Assembly (NCBI GenBank): GCA_002269645.1
Contig: NIVC01002665.1
Location: forward strand, 62,001-126,000
DNA: 64,000 bases
DNA from: Macrostomum lignano
Taxonomy: Eukaryota
Direction of reading: 5' to 3'
A model generated the notes under the pieces. That model was not told the DNA's origin, ran no database searches, and was given only the letters and a program-made list of their open reading frames with translations. Positions 49,101-64,000 of this stretch are shown here, one piece after another. The position numbers were made by a program, and so were the translations under genes. The stretch's first letter is position 1. Each line of letters starts with the position of its first letter.

Positions 49101-52100
49101 ACGGCTAAAGAAAAAGTCAATAATTCACAAATCATCACAGATTTCCTCTCAGTATCCTCATCCCCACAAATTGCCGAATCCTAGGTGCTGCTCCAGGAGC
49201 TTCAGAACCAGCAGGCGGCGGCCGGCACCCTCCGGCGGGAGGCGGAGCTCGAGCGGACCGCCAAGCAGGAGGAGGCGGCCAAGTACCAGAGCGACCTGCG
49301 CAGCCTCGAGGCCAATCTCGAGGAGGCCACATCGGAGCTTGAAGAGGCTCAGAACGCGAATTTCGGGCTGCGCAAGACCATCGAGAGCCTGGAGGCGGCG
49401 CTGGCCGAGGCGCGGTCGCGGGCGCACAAGCTGGACAATGACTGCCACAGGCTGGCCGGCCGGGCCCGCGAGGCGGACGCCGAGCTGCAGCGCGAGCGGG
49501 CGCTCGGACAGCAGCTGGAGCGGGAGGCCGAGGCGGCCAGAGGCGACGTGACGAGGCTGGAGCAGACACTGTCGCAAACTCGGACAAGGCTGGCCAGCGT
49601 TCAGGTTAGTGGGCGAAGGCTGGGGTGAGATAGGATGGGATCACACAGTATGGGATCACGCAGGATGGGATCACGCAGGATGGGATCACACAGGGAGGAT
49701 CACGCAGGATGGGATCACACATAATGGGATCACACAGGATGGGATCACATGGGATGGGTGGGATCACACAGGGAGGATCACGCAGGATGGGATCACACAT
49801 AATGGGATCACACGGGATGGGTGGGATCACACGGGATGGGTGGGATCACACGGGATGGGTGGGATCACACAGGGAGGATCACGCAGGATGGGATCAGATA
49901 GGATGGATCACACAGGATGGATGGGATCACACAGGGAGAATCACACAGGGTGGGATCAGATAGGATGGATCACACGGGATGGATGGGATAACACAGGATG
50001 GGATCACACAGGATGGGATCACACAGGATGGGATCACAGGCTACACCGGACTGCCTCATTCTATGCAGGGCCAGCTGGAGGCTCTGACCGGGCAGCAGAC
50101 GTCCCATCGCGAGCAAGCGGAGGCGGCGGAGCGGCGCCAGTCAGAGCTGTCCGCAGAGTTGGATCGGTCGCGCGAGGAGGCTGAGTCTCTGAGCAAGCAG
50201 CTGGAGGAGCACCGGCTGCAGACGCGCCAATGCGAGGAGTGCATCCGGCAGTTGACCTCGGAGCTGTCCACAGCCCAGTCGGAACTGGCCGCCAGCGCCG
50301 AGAGGCTCCGAAAGAAGGAGGCTGAGCTGGCTGAGTCTGAGGAACGGCTGGAGGAGCAGGAGCTGCTGGCTAGCAAGGCGAAGGAGCGGGAGCGGCAGGC
50401 CGCGGCTGAGTTGGCGGGCTTCCGGGATTCGCACCAGCGCAGCGACGCGGAGTTCGAGGAGGTACAGGGCCGCGCCGACACACTAGCGCTGAAGCTGGAC
50501 GAGGCGCAGCGCCAATTGGCCGCGCGGACTGCTCACGTGCAGGAGCTGCAGGAGGCGGCGCGGGACATGCGCAGCGAGCTGGCGTCGGCGCGGGAGCAGA
50601 GACAGTCCAACGCATCCGAGTTTGCCAAGCTGGAGCAGGCGGTGAGTTCATGACCGCAGTCCTATCGGTGTAGTGCACAATGCCCACACAAACTCTACCG
50701 TCAGTTTACGCAACCTCACTAATAAAAAACCCTTCCATCAGTGTACATAGCCGCTATCATAAAACCCTAACCCCCATTTTACGCTGCCTCCAGTTCTAAA
50801 AACCCTACCCCCAGTGTACATTGTCCCCAGTTCTAAAAACCCTACCCCCAGTGTACATTTCCCCCAGTTCTAAAACTCTACCCCTAGTGTACACTGCCCC
50901 TAGTTCTAAAAACTCTACCCCCAGTGTACATTTCCCCCAGTTCTAAAAACTCTACCCCCAGTGTACATTTCCCCCAGTTCTAAAAACCCTACCCCCAGTG
51001 TACATTTCCCCCAGTTCTAAAAACTCTACCCCTAGTGTACACTGCCCCTAGTTCTAAAAACCCTACCCCCAGTGTACACTGCCCCTAGTTCTAAAAACTC
51101 TACCCCTGATGTACACTGCCCCAGTCCTAGAAACTCAACACCCCTAAATTTATACAGTCCTAGTGAATAAATTTAAAATAATCCAACTCATTAATGTACA
51201 TCGCCACTCCACAGTAACAACTCAAAATAACTTCAAGCTTTCTAACTCCCGTTCCAACTCCGGCAGGTTCAGCAGCTGCAGCATCAGCTGTCCTCGGCGC
51301 AGCAGAGACAGCAAGCAGACCAGGCTCGACTGCAGGAGTCTCAGTCGCGACTCGAAGCCGACGCTCAGCGTCATGCTGAGTTGGCAGCATCTCTACGCCA
51401 GGAGCTATCGGCCAAGTCGGCGGAAGCCAACCGGCTGCGGGCGGACTACGACACGCTGAAGGATGCGACAGAGAAGAAGCTGGAGGAGCTGGAGCTGGCT
51501 GAGACGAGCCTCAGTGAATGCCAGGCAGAGCTGCGGGCCAGCGAGTGCGAGAAGGCCGACCTGGCCGCCGAGGTGGCTGCCTGGCAGCAGGAGGCGGACC
51601 GGGCCAAGAGGGAGCTGGCGGAGCTGCGCTCGCAGTCCAGGTGAGGGAGCATCTTCATGATTTTGATGATGCGAAATTTCGAGCGAGCAAAATTTACAGC
51701 CGGTCTCTTTTTGACGAGCTAGCTCAGCAGTAAACCGGTAGCTCAGCAGTAAACCGGTAGCTCAGCAGTAAACCGGTAGCTCAGCAGTAAACCGGTAGCT
51801 CAGCAGTAAACCGGTAGCTCAGCAGTAAACCGGTAGCTCAGCAGTAAACCGGTAGCTCAGCAGTAAACCGGTAGCTCAGCAGTAAACCGGTAGCTCAGCA
51901 GTAAACCGGTAGCTCAGCAGTAAACCGGTAGCTCAGCAGTAAAAGCGTCACTCCTTGGTTCGATTCCGTGCTCGGCCAGATTCATTTGGGGCTTGTGCAT
52001 GAAAATTTGCCAACCCCCAAGGAACAGAGAGTGTACATGCCTGTCGATTAGATAGTCAGGGCTGCTGTACACCCTGTGTGAGCTGTCAGCTGTGTGTGAG

Positions 52101-55100
52101 TGCGTACAGTATTGGTACTCTTGCATGTGCTCAGGAGTCAGCGGAATGGGCAGAATTGCCTCAGCGCGGGTTGTTGGACGATTTCACCGATGGCGTTGCG
52201 CCAGGGTGCCCGTAGCCTTCCTTTGAATATTTATTTTATGACGATGCCTTTTTGACGATACGATGTTTTGAGCTTTTTACAGGAGCAACACGCTAATCTC
52301 TGATCCTCACTTCCAGAGAGTCCACTCGCTTAGCGGAGCTTCAAGAGGAGAAGGCTGAGCAGCTCAGCCAGCAGGTGGCCCGACTGCAGTCGGAGGTGGC
52401 CGCCAAGGCGCAGGAGGCGGCGCAGCACGAGGCGGCGGCCAGCCGGGCCGGGGCGGAGCTGCGCCTGTTGCAGGAGCGATGCGCGGCCAGCGAAGCCGAG
52501 CTCGCCGATCAGCGCGCCTCGGTTGAGCGGCTGCGACGCGACGTGCTGTCGGTGAAGGAGGAGGCGCACAGCTCCGCTCAGGAGGCTCAGTCGCAGCGGC
52601 AGCGGTTGCAAAAGGCCGAGGTGGAAGTTGAAGGTCATCGAGAGCACGAGCGGCTGCTGGCTAGGCAGGTTGAGCAGCAGGAGCAACTGCTGGTGCAGCT
52701 GCAAGCTGAGCTCAAGCTGGAGCGGTCCAGGAGCGCCGATATCGGCAAGCAGTTCGCCGCCACTCGACGGCTTGTGAGCGAGCTGCAGGACGAGCTGGAG
52801 ACCGGCCGGCGCTGCGAGAAGGACCTGGTCGCGCGGAGCAAGGAGCGGGAGCAGAGCCTGGCCGAGCTCACCGAGGAGCTCGAGGCCATGGGCGAGCGTC
52901 TCCGGCAGATGCACGAGAGCGGCGCTGAGAAGGACGTCGCGGTGAGGGCGCTGCGGCAGCAACTGCAGGCTGCCTTGAAGGAGGCTGGACAGCGGGGAGA
53001 GGAGGTGAAACGGCTGCTGGAGCAGGTGAGCGAGATTGATTGGCCAGCTGAAGTGTGGCCAAGTTAAGCACAGTTGGCCATGGTTAGTACGCAGTTGAAT
53101 CGGCTTGCGTTGTTTCGAATCACTCAAGTAAGCCCCTCCACTGTGGTCTGAAGTGGCTTGGCAGCAGCTCTGAGCTGCGGTAGAAAGAGGATTGAGTTGT
53201 ACTAACCTGAGGAGGGCATAGTCTAGTGGGCCAGCGCGGCGCTCTGATGTGCCAGCAGCCCAGGCTCGATTCCCAGTGCAGTCACATTAATTTGAGGCTA
53301 AATTGGAATCTCAGCTTGGCTCTGCTCGTGCATTTAACGCTCTTGAGGGCCAACCCCCAAGGCACAGTGAAGTGTACATGCCAACGATAAATAAAGTTAG
53401 GGCCGCTGTACACTCCTGTTAGTGTGTGCCTGTGCGTATGACTGCGTACGTATCCGCGCGCTTGTGTGCCTGCTCAGGCGAGCCGGTGGAATGGGCAGTA
53501 ATGCTAATGGTGTAAAAATGTCGCCTGAAGTGCGCCAGGGTGCACACAACCCCCTGCCTCTTATGAAAAAGTTATACTGACCTGTACCCAAGGCCTCGGA
53601 TGCGACATTCACTATTTCAATCCCACCACCCGGCCGCAGGTGTCCACTCTGCAGCGCCAGCTCGCAGACCGGGAGGCGGCGACAACGCGGCTGAATGCCG
53701 AGCTGAGCGAACGCCAGCGGGCAGCTGAGGAGCTTCAACGCCAGCTGCAGTCGGCCCAGTCTGCTAATAAAGAATCGGCGCAAAGTCTGGACGAGCGCGG
53801 CCGGGAGCTGGTCCGCCTGCGGCAGGAGTCCGCCCGGACGGACGCGCAGGCCGCCAGCCTGGCCGAGCAGCTGGCCGGCGCGGAGGAGGCGGCGCGTAGG
53901 GCGAGGGAGGACGCGGCGCGAGTTTACGAGACGGTGCAACGGGTCGAGGAAGCCAAGGCGGAGATGGCGCGCCGGCTGGAGCAGACTGACAAGGACAAGC
54001 GGCGGGCCGAGGAGCGGGCGCAGCAGCTGGCCGGGGAGCTGTCCGAGCGGGAGGAGGAGCTGGTGGTGCTCAAGGTGAGGCCTGGTTTCTACTGGGATAA
54101 AAAGTTAGCGACTCGCTAAAAACTCTCCTCTTCCAGCCTTCCAACCCCATTTCTCCAGCATCATTCTTTCGGCCTCATCCTTCCAGCCTCATCCTTCCAG
54201 CCTCATTCTTTCGGCCTCATCCTTCCAGCCTCATCCTTCCAGCCTCATCCTTCCAGCCTCATCCTTCCAGCCTCATCCTTCCAGCCTCATCCTTCCAGCC
54301 TCATCCTTCCAGCCTCAACCTTCCAGCCTCATCCTTCCAGCCTCATCCTTCCAGCCTCGTCATTCCAGCCTCGTCATTCCAGCCTCATCCTTCCAGCCTC
54401 ATCCTTCCAGCCTCATCCTTCCAGCCTCATCCTTGGTGCATTTAACGCTCTTGAGGGCCAACCTTCCAGCCTTCCAGCCAACCTTCCAGGGCCATCCTTC
54501 CAGCCTCATCCTTCCAGCCTCATCCTTCCAGCCTCATCCTTCCAGCCTCATCCTTCCAGCCTCATCCTTCCAGCCTCATCCTTCCAGCCTCATCCTTCCA
54601 GCCTCATCCTTCCAGCCTCATCCTTCCAGCCTCATCCTTCCAGCCTCATCCTTCCAGCCTCATCCTTCCAGCCTCGTCCTTCCAGCCTCGTCCTTCCAGC
54701 CTCATCCTTCCAGCCTCATCCTTCCAGCCTCGTCCTTCCAGCCTCGTCCTTCCAGCCTCGTCCTTCCAGCCTCAACCTTCCAGCTTCATCCCCCTTCAAC
54801 TCCCCTGCCAGGTGGACAACACCGGCCTCAGCGAGCGCCTGCGCGCCCGCCAAGACGAGCTGGACCAGGCCAAGGCCTCGCTGCAGCAGCTGCACGACGA
54901 GTGCGGCAACCTTCGCATGGCCCTTGAAGACAGCCGGGCCAACGCCGAGCGGCTCCATCGCGACAGCGAGCTGGTGGTGAGCAACGTGAACACCTGGGTG
55001 GCCGATCAGAAGGCAGCCAACGAGAAGCTTGGCAAGAAGATCCGGGAGCAGAGCCGGGCAATAGCGGCCCTGCAGCAGGAGCGGGACAAGCTGGCCGACC

Positions 55101-57451
55101 AGGCTGAGCAGCTGCGCGGCCAGCTCGGCCAGGCCAAGCCGGTGGATCTGGACAAATTCCGGGCCTTGCAAAGCCATTCGGCTCAGCAGCAGGCGCTGCT
55201 CAACCAGCTGAGAACTCGGCTGCACGACTGCGAGCTGGGCGACACGGATCGGGCGGCGGCGCTGGAGGAGCTGCACGGCCGGCTGCGGGACAGCACCGAC
55301 TCTGTGAGCCGGCTGAACCAGCAGATTAACCAGCTGCAGAAGGAGAACCGGCAGCTGCGCAGCGAGCTGGAGCGGGAGAGGCTGGCCGCGCAGTCCTACA
55401 GGGTGCAGGCGGAGAGCCGCGACCAGACTGTCGGCGCGTTGAAGGCGCAGCTTGAGGCGCGGGCGTTTCAGGTGTTCTTCGACGATCAGGCGGTGAGCAG
55501 GGAGGCTCGGGCCCGGTTTGTCTTTAACTTTAAAATCTAATCTGTTGGTGTGTACTTTTGGTGACCCTAAATGACCCTCAATAGGATGCCAGGTGCTTTT
55601 AAAAGCGACCAGAGAAGTGTGAGAGGTTTTATAGTTATATTATAACCTTGTATTTAATTAGCCATAAACTTTCAGTGAGACTGAGGACTGAAGCTAGTCA
55701 TTACCTTGAGATGACCTCTGAGCAACCAGAGAGTGACCTTAGTGACAACCAAAGAGTGACCTTAGTGACAACCAAAGAGTGACCTTAGTGACAACCAAAG
55801 AGTGACCTTAGTGACAACCAAAGAGTGACCTTAGTGGCAACCAAAGAGTGACCTTAGTGACAACCAAAGAGTGACCTTAGTGGCAACCAAAGAGTGACCT
55901 TAGTGACAACCAAAGAGTGACCTTAGTGACAACCAAAGAGTGACCTTAGTGACAACCAAAGAGTGACCTTAGTGGCAACCAAAGAGTGACCTTAGTGGCA
56001 ACCAAAGAGTGACCTTAGTGGCAACCAAAGAGTGACCTTAGTGGCAACCAAAGAGTGACCTTAGTGGCAACCAAAGAGTGACCTTAGTGGCAACCAAAGA
56101 GTGACCTTAGTGACAACCAAAGAGTGACCTTACGGGCAACCAAAGAGTGACCTTAGTGGCAACCAAAGAGTGACCTTAGTGGCAACCAGACAGTGGTCCT
56201 AAGAACTGAAGTTATAAAAAGTAAAAACAACAATGAGATGATGACCTTAGCGATGACCTGAGAGTGGCTGAAGTTATAGTGATGACCTTTAAATGACCCC
56301 GTTGGTGGTGAACAGAAGCAATTGGAAAGTTTTCTTAATAAGGCATTTTTATAAGATATTAAAAATATTCACGCGAATATTTCTAGTGCTAAAACTTTCC
56401 TCTGATTTTCCCCTTTGTCTTATATTGTTATTTCCAACTCCTTTCCCGTTTCATCTTGCATTGATTAGATTAGTCGGCTCGCATGCCCAGCACAAACCCG
56501 ATAGTTTATTAAGATGCACATGTACACTATAAATTTAGTGTGCTATTAGTTTAAAATATTTTAGCTCTTTGTTACTGATTAAAATTTCATTTCAGGCCGC
56601 CAATCTTGGTTTGTCCAACGTTGATCGAGAAAAAGTACGTTGCTTACTCTACAGCCTACTTATTAGTAGAAATGCGTGAATACTTAACCTATTTTTATTT
56701 TTCTTTATCAATTTACTTTACTGTACTAACACTAAAAAGTGCTAATTTATTCTAATTTAAGCTTGTTTAGGGATACTTTGTTGATCCCATGTACCCCCTG
56801 TTGGAGCCCCTGATAACCCCTGTTGGCGCCACAAATAAGCCTATCATGAAGTTGACCCTTGTAGCCTCGCAAATTTTACTTCTTTAATATTCAGATTCGC
56901 TCCGCTGTTGAAAGCGCGATGAAGGAGGCTGGAGTGTCCGATGCGAGCCAGCTGGACAAGAACTACTGGATTAGCCGGTGTAGCGAGGTGAGCAGCTCTC
57001 ACAACATTGAGTTGGGTTGAGTTGGGTCACAACACAGACTTGATTTGGGCTAAAGCGATTTCATTTGAACTTTGCCATTTCAGTCAGTCCCTCTTGAGCC
57101 TTGGCATCTCAGTAATTCCCCCTTGAGCCTTGGCATCTGAGTAATTCCCCCCTTGAGTCTTGGCATCTCAGTTATTCCCCCTTGAGTCTTGGCATCTCAG
57201 TAATTCCTCCCTTGAGTCTTGGCATCTGAATAATTCCCCCTTGAGTCTTGGCATCTGAGTAATTCCCCCCTTGAGTCTTGGCATCCCAGCAATTTATTAA
57301 GGTATTTTCGCCTTAATTAGCTCAGCCCGGGCCAATATTTCAGCTGTCAGGCCAGCTGCAGCGGAGCGGCGAGTACTGGGGCGACAAAGTCCGCGAGCTG
57401 TCCGCCCGGCTCGAGCGAGCATCTCAAGCTGACGCGTCCAAGCAGCCGTGA
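31109..57451 (+). CDS. Giant coiled-coil protein, PMFBP1/CCDC18-like, ~2260 aa, 25 exons
   Basis: Exons 31109-31414, 32272-32475, 33741-34007, 35349-35411, 37443-37550, 39546-39683, 39843-40085, 41226-41288, 43258-43425, 43922-44098, 44248-44669, 44854-45235, 45682-45933, 46345-46440, 46519-46602, 47330-47734, 49185-49604, 50069-50641, 51267-51640, 52317-53025, 53640-54074, 54812-55471, 56596-56634, 56895-56987, 57344-57451. All GT-AG, phase-consistent, 6789 nt open. NTWVADQKAANEKLGKKIREQ resembles the PMFBP1 C-terminus as recalled; a further 5' exon is possible. Confidence 0.85.
31713..31900 (+). mobile_element. tRNA-derived CORE-type SINE
   Basis: A box TAGCCTAGTGG, B box GGTTCGATTCT, then gtgtccttgagcaagacacttaactctcacccagctgtaaaatggg, resembling the MIR core. 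Confidence 0.85.
32598..32850. repeat. 30-bp minisatellite
   Basis: Unit attcacatagttctatactagggggcgcct. Confidence 0.93.
33254..33545. repeat. ~16-bp minisatellite
   Basis: Unit cccacgatggcgcttc. Confidence 0.95.
34192..35192. repeat. 48-bp minisatellite
   Basis: Unit ggctgagctgcccgtgtctcaggtagatgagatcaggtagctttcagc, about 20 copies. Confidence 0.97.
35559..36140. repeat. 24-bp minisatellite
   Basis: Unit tctgacacacattgtgggccatag. Confidence 0.97.
37622..39410. repeat. 21-bp minisatellite (same family at 45960-46240)
   Basis: Unit tagatctgcgattctatcttg, about 85 copies. Confidence 0.98.
40121..41165. repeat. 22-24-bp purine-rich minisatellite
   Basis: Unit gggagaggggatcagacagtgaga. Confidence 0.97.
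41490..43050. repeat. 33-bp minisatellite with shorter deletion variants
   Basis: Unit ctccaaagccacaaccccaatatccctcagaga. Confidence 0.97.
43600..43910. repeat. ~22-bp pyrimidine-rich minisatellite
   Basis: Unit catctcacccctcactctccct. Confidence 0.9.
45285..45670. repeat. 16-bp C-rich minisatellite
   Basis: Unit caccaccccaatcacc. Confidence 0.93.
45960..46240. repeat. Second array of the 21-bp tagatctgcgattc family
   Basis: Units tagatctgcgattctatcttg and tagaactgctattctatctg. Confidence 0.9.
46245..46330 (+). mobile_element. Fragment of the second SINE family (central domain)
   Basis: ccaaggcgcagtgtacatgcc...agctgtacacc matches the copies at 51713-52235 and 53212-53570. Confidence 0.6.
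46640..47285. repeat. 22-bp minisatellite
   Basis: Unit ataataacccgaatcacccacc. Confidence 0.96.
47830..49072. repeat. 26-bp GC-rich minisatellite
   Basis: Unit gagtttgaggggatggcggccagccc; gives the spurious 448-aa ORF. Confidence 0.98.
49630..50040. repeat. ~15-bp compound minisatellite
   Basis: Unit ggatgggatcacaca and variants. Confidence 0.92.
50760..51140. repeat. ~37-bp minisatellite
   Basis: Unit ccccagtgtacatttcccccagttctaaaaaccctac. Confidence 0.92.
51713..52235 (+). mobile_element. tRNA-derived SINE whose A-box/D-arm 19-mer is repeated 12 times (51720-51947)
   Basis: Unit tagctcagcagtaaaccgg; single B box GGTTCGATTCC 51957-51967; body shared with 53212-53570. Confidence 0.8.
53212..53570 (+). 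mobile_element. tRNA-derived SINE, same family as 51713-52235
   Basis: Head catagtctagtgg ... ggctcgattcc; shared blocks ccaacccccaagg, gtgtacatgcc, gggc.gctgtacac, tgctcagg, ggaatgggcag, gcgccagggtgc. Confidence 0.8.
54150..54790. repeat. 14-bp minisatellite with a 28-nt foreign insert
   Basis: Unit cagcctcatccttc. Confidence 0.96.
55725..56195. repeat. 23-bp minisatellite
   Basis: Unit gagtgaccttagtgacaaccaaa. Confidence 0.96.
57085..57290. repeat. ~30-bp minisatellite related to 27268-27670
   Basis: Unit ccccttgagtcttggcatctcagtaattc. Confidence 0.9.
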
Positions 57452-58568
57452 ATGCCGGCCGAATATCAGCTGATTAAATCCGATTCGAATTTCCAATCAG
57501 CCTTTGTATTTTTATACAGTAGTGTAGCCGTCCAAATACCTGTAGCTCTTCCTCTGAACAAAGTTGTCTGTCTGTCTGCCTGCATGCCTTCTCATAAACA
57601 GTCGGATTATAAACTCACAAAAAACAAGTCTATTTTTCTTTACCAAATTGATTAAAAATCTTTTAATTGATTCTGCTCTGTAGCTTAAGGATTTACATTG
57701 ATCTGATTGTTAAACAAAAGTTGCTTTGTCAAGGTTCGCTACCATTTGTTTTACTTTACCAATGTTAATGCCTGACTGAATTGTCTGAGATTGTGGCTGG
57801 CCTGCAAGCTCACCCTCAATCTGCTGTGTTGCTTTTTTATGTCCTTTTCAAGCTGAGATTAAAAATCGCGACAGATGTTCTTGACGTGAACAACAGAAGT
57901 ATAGAAGGACCCTATTCTGGGTTTCCTTAGAAATGAGCCAGAGGGAGGTAAGGAGCCTACATGTATTTGAGAACGCATTGCGCTTAATGGGGTTTCGGCC
58001 ATAGACAAATTCAGCGAAGAGTGACCCGATTTCTCCAGAGCATTCTAGTTTAGTTATCCAATAGTGCTTTATACACTACTTAGTTTAGTGTGAATAGCAC
58101 ATTAGTCTGCATAGAATGTTTATATAAATTCTCTATTAGTGTCGAACATGCGATTGTTCACTTTACAGGTTAAAGGCTCAGAAAATGTACATCAATATTG
58201 CCTACGCCTACACAAAAGCATACTAATATAATAATAAAGATATGGCATTTTTGAAATAAAAATTAATGAATAGATCTTGTAGTAGAAATCAATTTTAGCT
58301 TGTTCTTCGGGTTGCGCATATTTCTGTCTATATCAATTACTCTGAATTAGTTTGATCAAGCACTTGACTGTACAATATGCTTCACCTGTAAGCCGCTAGC
58401 TTTTAACTAAATAAATTTATACATCATCGTGATAACATTAATGAATTTGTACCATTGTTCTCCTGCATACATACTCTTTACATACTATTCATCTTTCTTT
58501 TGTGATGTTTTTTTAGTTTGGAGTCTGTTAGTAATCATTTCTCTGAATAAAATATTCCTTAAAAGAAC

Positions 58569-59070
58569 TCACTGAAGATCTGGACTGGATGCAGTGACTG
58601 AAGATCTGGGCTGGATGCAGTGACTGAAGATCTGGGCTGGATGCAGTGACTGAAGATCTGGGCTGGATGCAGTGACTGAAGATCTGGGCTGGATGCAGTG
58701 ACTGAAGATCTGGGCTGGATGCAGTGACTGAAGATCTGGGCTGGATGCAGTGACTGAAGATCTGGGCTGGATGCAGTGACTGAAGATCTGGGCTGGATGC
58801 AGTGACTGAAGATCTGGGCTGGATGCAGTGACTGAAGATCTGGGCTGGATGCAGTGACTGAAGATCTGGGCTGGATGCAGTGACTGAAGATCTGGGCTGG
58901 ATGCAGTGACTGAAGATCTGGGCTGGATGCAGTGACTGAAGATCTGGGCTGGATGCAGTGACTGAAGATCTGGGCTGGATGCAGTGACTGAAGATCTGGA
59001 CTGGATGCAGTGACTGAAGATCTGGGCTGGATGCAGTGACTGAGGATCTGGGCTGGATGCAGTGACTGAG
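58569..59070. repeat. 26-bp minisatellite, intergenic
   Basis: Unit gcagtgactgaagatctgggctggat, near-identical copies. Confidence 0.97.
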
Positions 59071-59302
59071 TTAGGGGACATCAAAGATTCAGGACTGGAC
59101 ACAGTTTGTTTAAATTTTCAGACGAGAATAGCAGATCGGTGACTGGCCAGTGAAGCTAAAAGAACGGATTTAAATGTTCAAAAGAATCGGAAGTTCGATC
59201 AGAATTGTACTTTTAAATCCGCGCCATAATTATTGAAATTGTTTATTTTATTAGTTAATACGTTCTTCAAATCGGAGAACAAAGACTTAAAACGACACAA
59301 AA

Positions 59303-59780
59303 GCCGCTCTGTTCTTATCAAAACCCGCTCTGTTCTCATCAAAACCCGCTCTGTTCTTATCAAAACCCGCTCTGTTCTCATCAAAACCCGCTCTGTTCTT
59401 ATCAAAACCCGCTCTGTTCTCATCAAAAGCCGCTCTGTTCTCATCAAAACCCGCTCTGTTCTCATCAAAACCCGCTCTGTTCTCATCAAAACCCGCTCTG
59501 TTCTCATCAAAAGCCGCTCTGTTCTCATCAAAAGCCGCTCTGTTCTCATCAAAAGCCGCTCTGTTCTCATCAAAAGCCGCTCTGTTCTCATCAAAAGCCG
59601 CTCTGTTCTCATCAAAATCCGCTTTGTTCTCATCAAAAGCCGCTCTGTTCTCATCAAAATCCGCTTTGTTCTCATCAAAAGCCGCTCTGTTCTCATCAAA
59701 AGCCGCTCTGTTCTCATCAAAAGCCGCTCTGTTCTCATCAAAAGCCGCTCTGTTCTCATCAAAAGCCGCTATGTTCTAAT
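59303..59780. repeat. 21-bp minisatellite just 3' of the minus-strand stop at 59791
   Basis: Unit cgctctgttctcatcaaaagc. Confidence 0.97.
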
Positions 59781-59790
59781 CTCAGTCAGA

Positions 59791-64000
<4,210 letters not shown>

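Noticed and set aside
31109-57451. 22 of 24 introns in phase 0 with frequent CAG|GT on both sides, read as recent introner-type gain
   Set aside because: Gln/Glu/Lys-rich coiled coils supply abundant phase-0 proto-splice sites, and introns share no terminal sequence; needs orthologue intron maps to revisit

Overview
Eukaryotic (animal) genomic DNA with GC-rich spliced exons, AT-rich spacers, a 922-N assembly gap (18365-19286) and about 30 different tandem-repeat arrays, most of them inside introns. The style is consistent with a Macrostomum-type flatworm long-read assembly; this is inferred, not proven. Eight spliced genes were reconstructed by hand from GT-AG junctions and phases: TTLL2 (-, runs off the left edge), a RING/TRAF-zinc-finger E3 (+), KCMF1 (+), RALBP1 (-, 5' end in the gap), WDR13 (-), a TRIM-NHL gene nested antisense in WDR13 intron 3 (+), a 25-exon, ~2260-aa PMFBP1-like coiled-coil gene (+), and a tail-anchored coiled-coil gene (-, runs off the right edge). 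Mobile DNA includes a mariner relic, hAT MITEs, a non-LTR 3' fragment, a CORE-type SINE, a second tRNA-derived SINE family and a CCA-bearing tRNA-Glu fragment. Most notable: RALBP1 has two tandem Ral-binding domains; nearly every long intron carries its own minisatellite; one minisatellite is a 12-fold amplified Pol III A-box inside a SINE head; splice acceptors sit just upstream of most start codons (possible SL trans-splicing). All protein identities rest on recalled family sequences, not on database searches.
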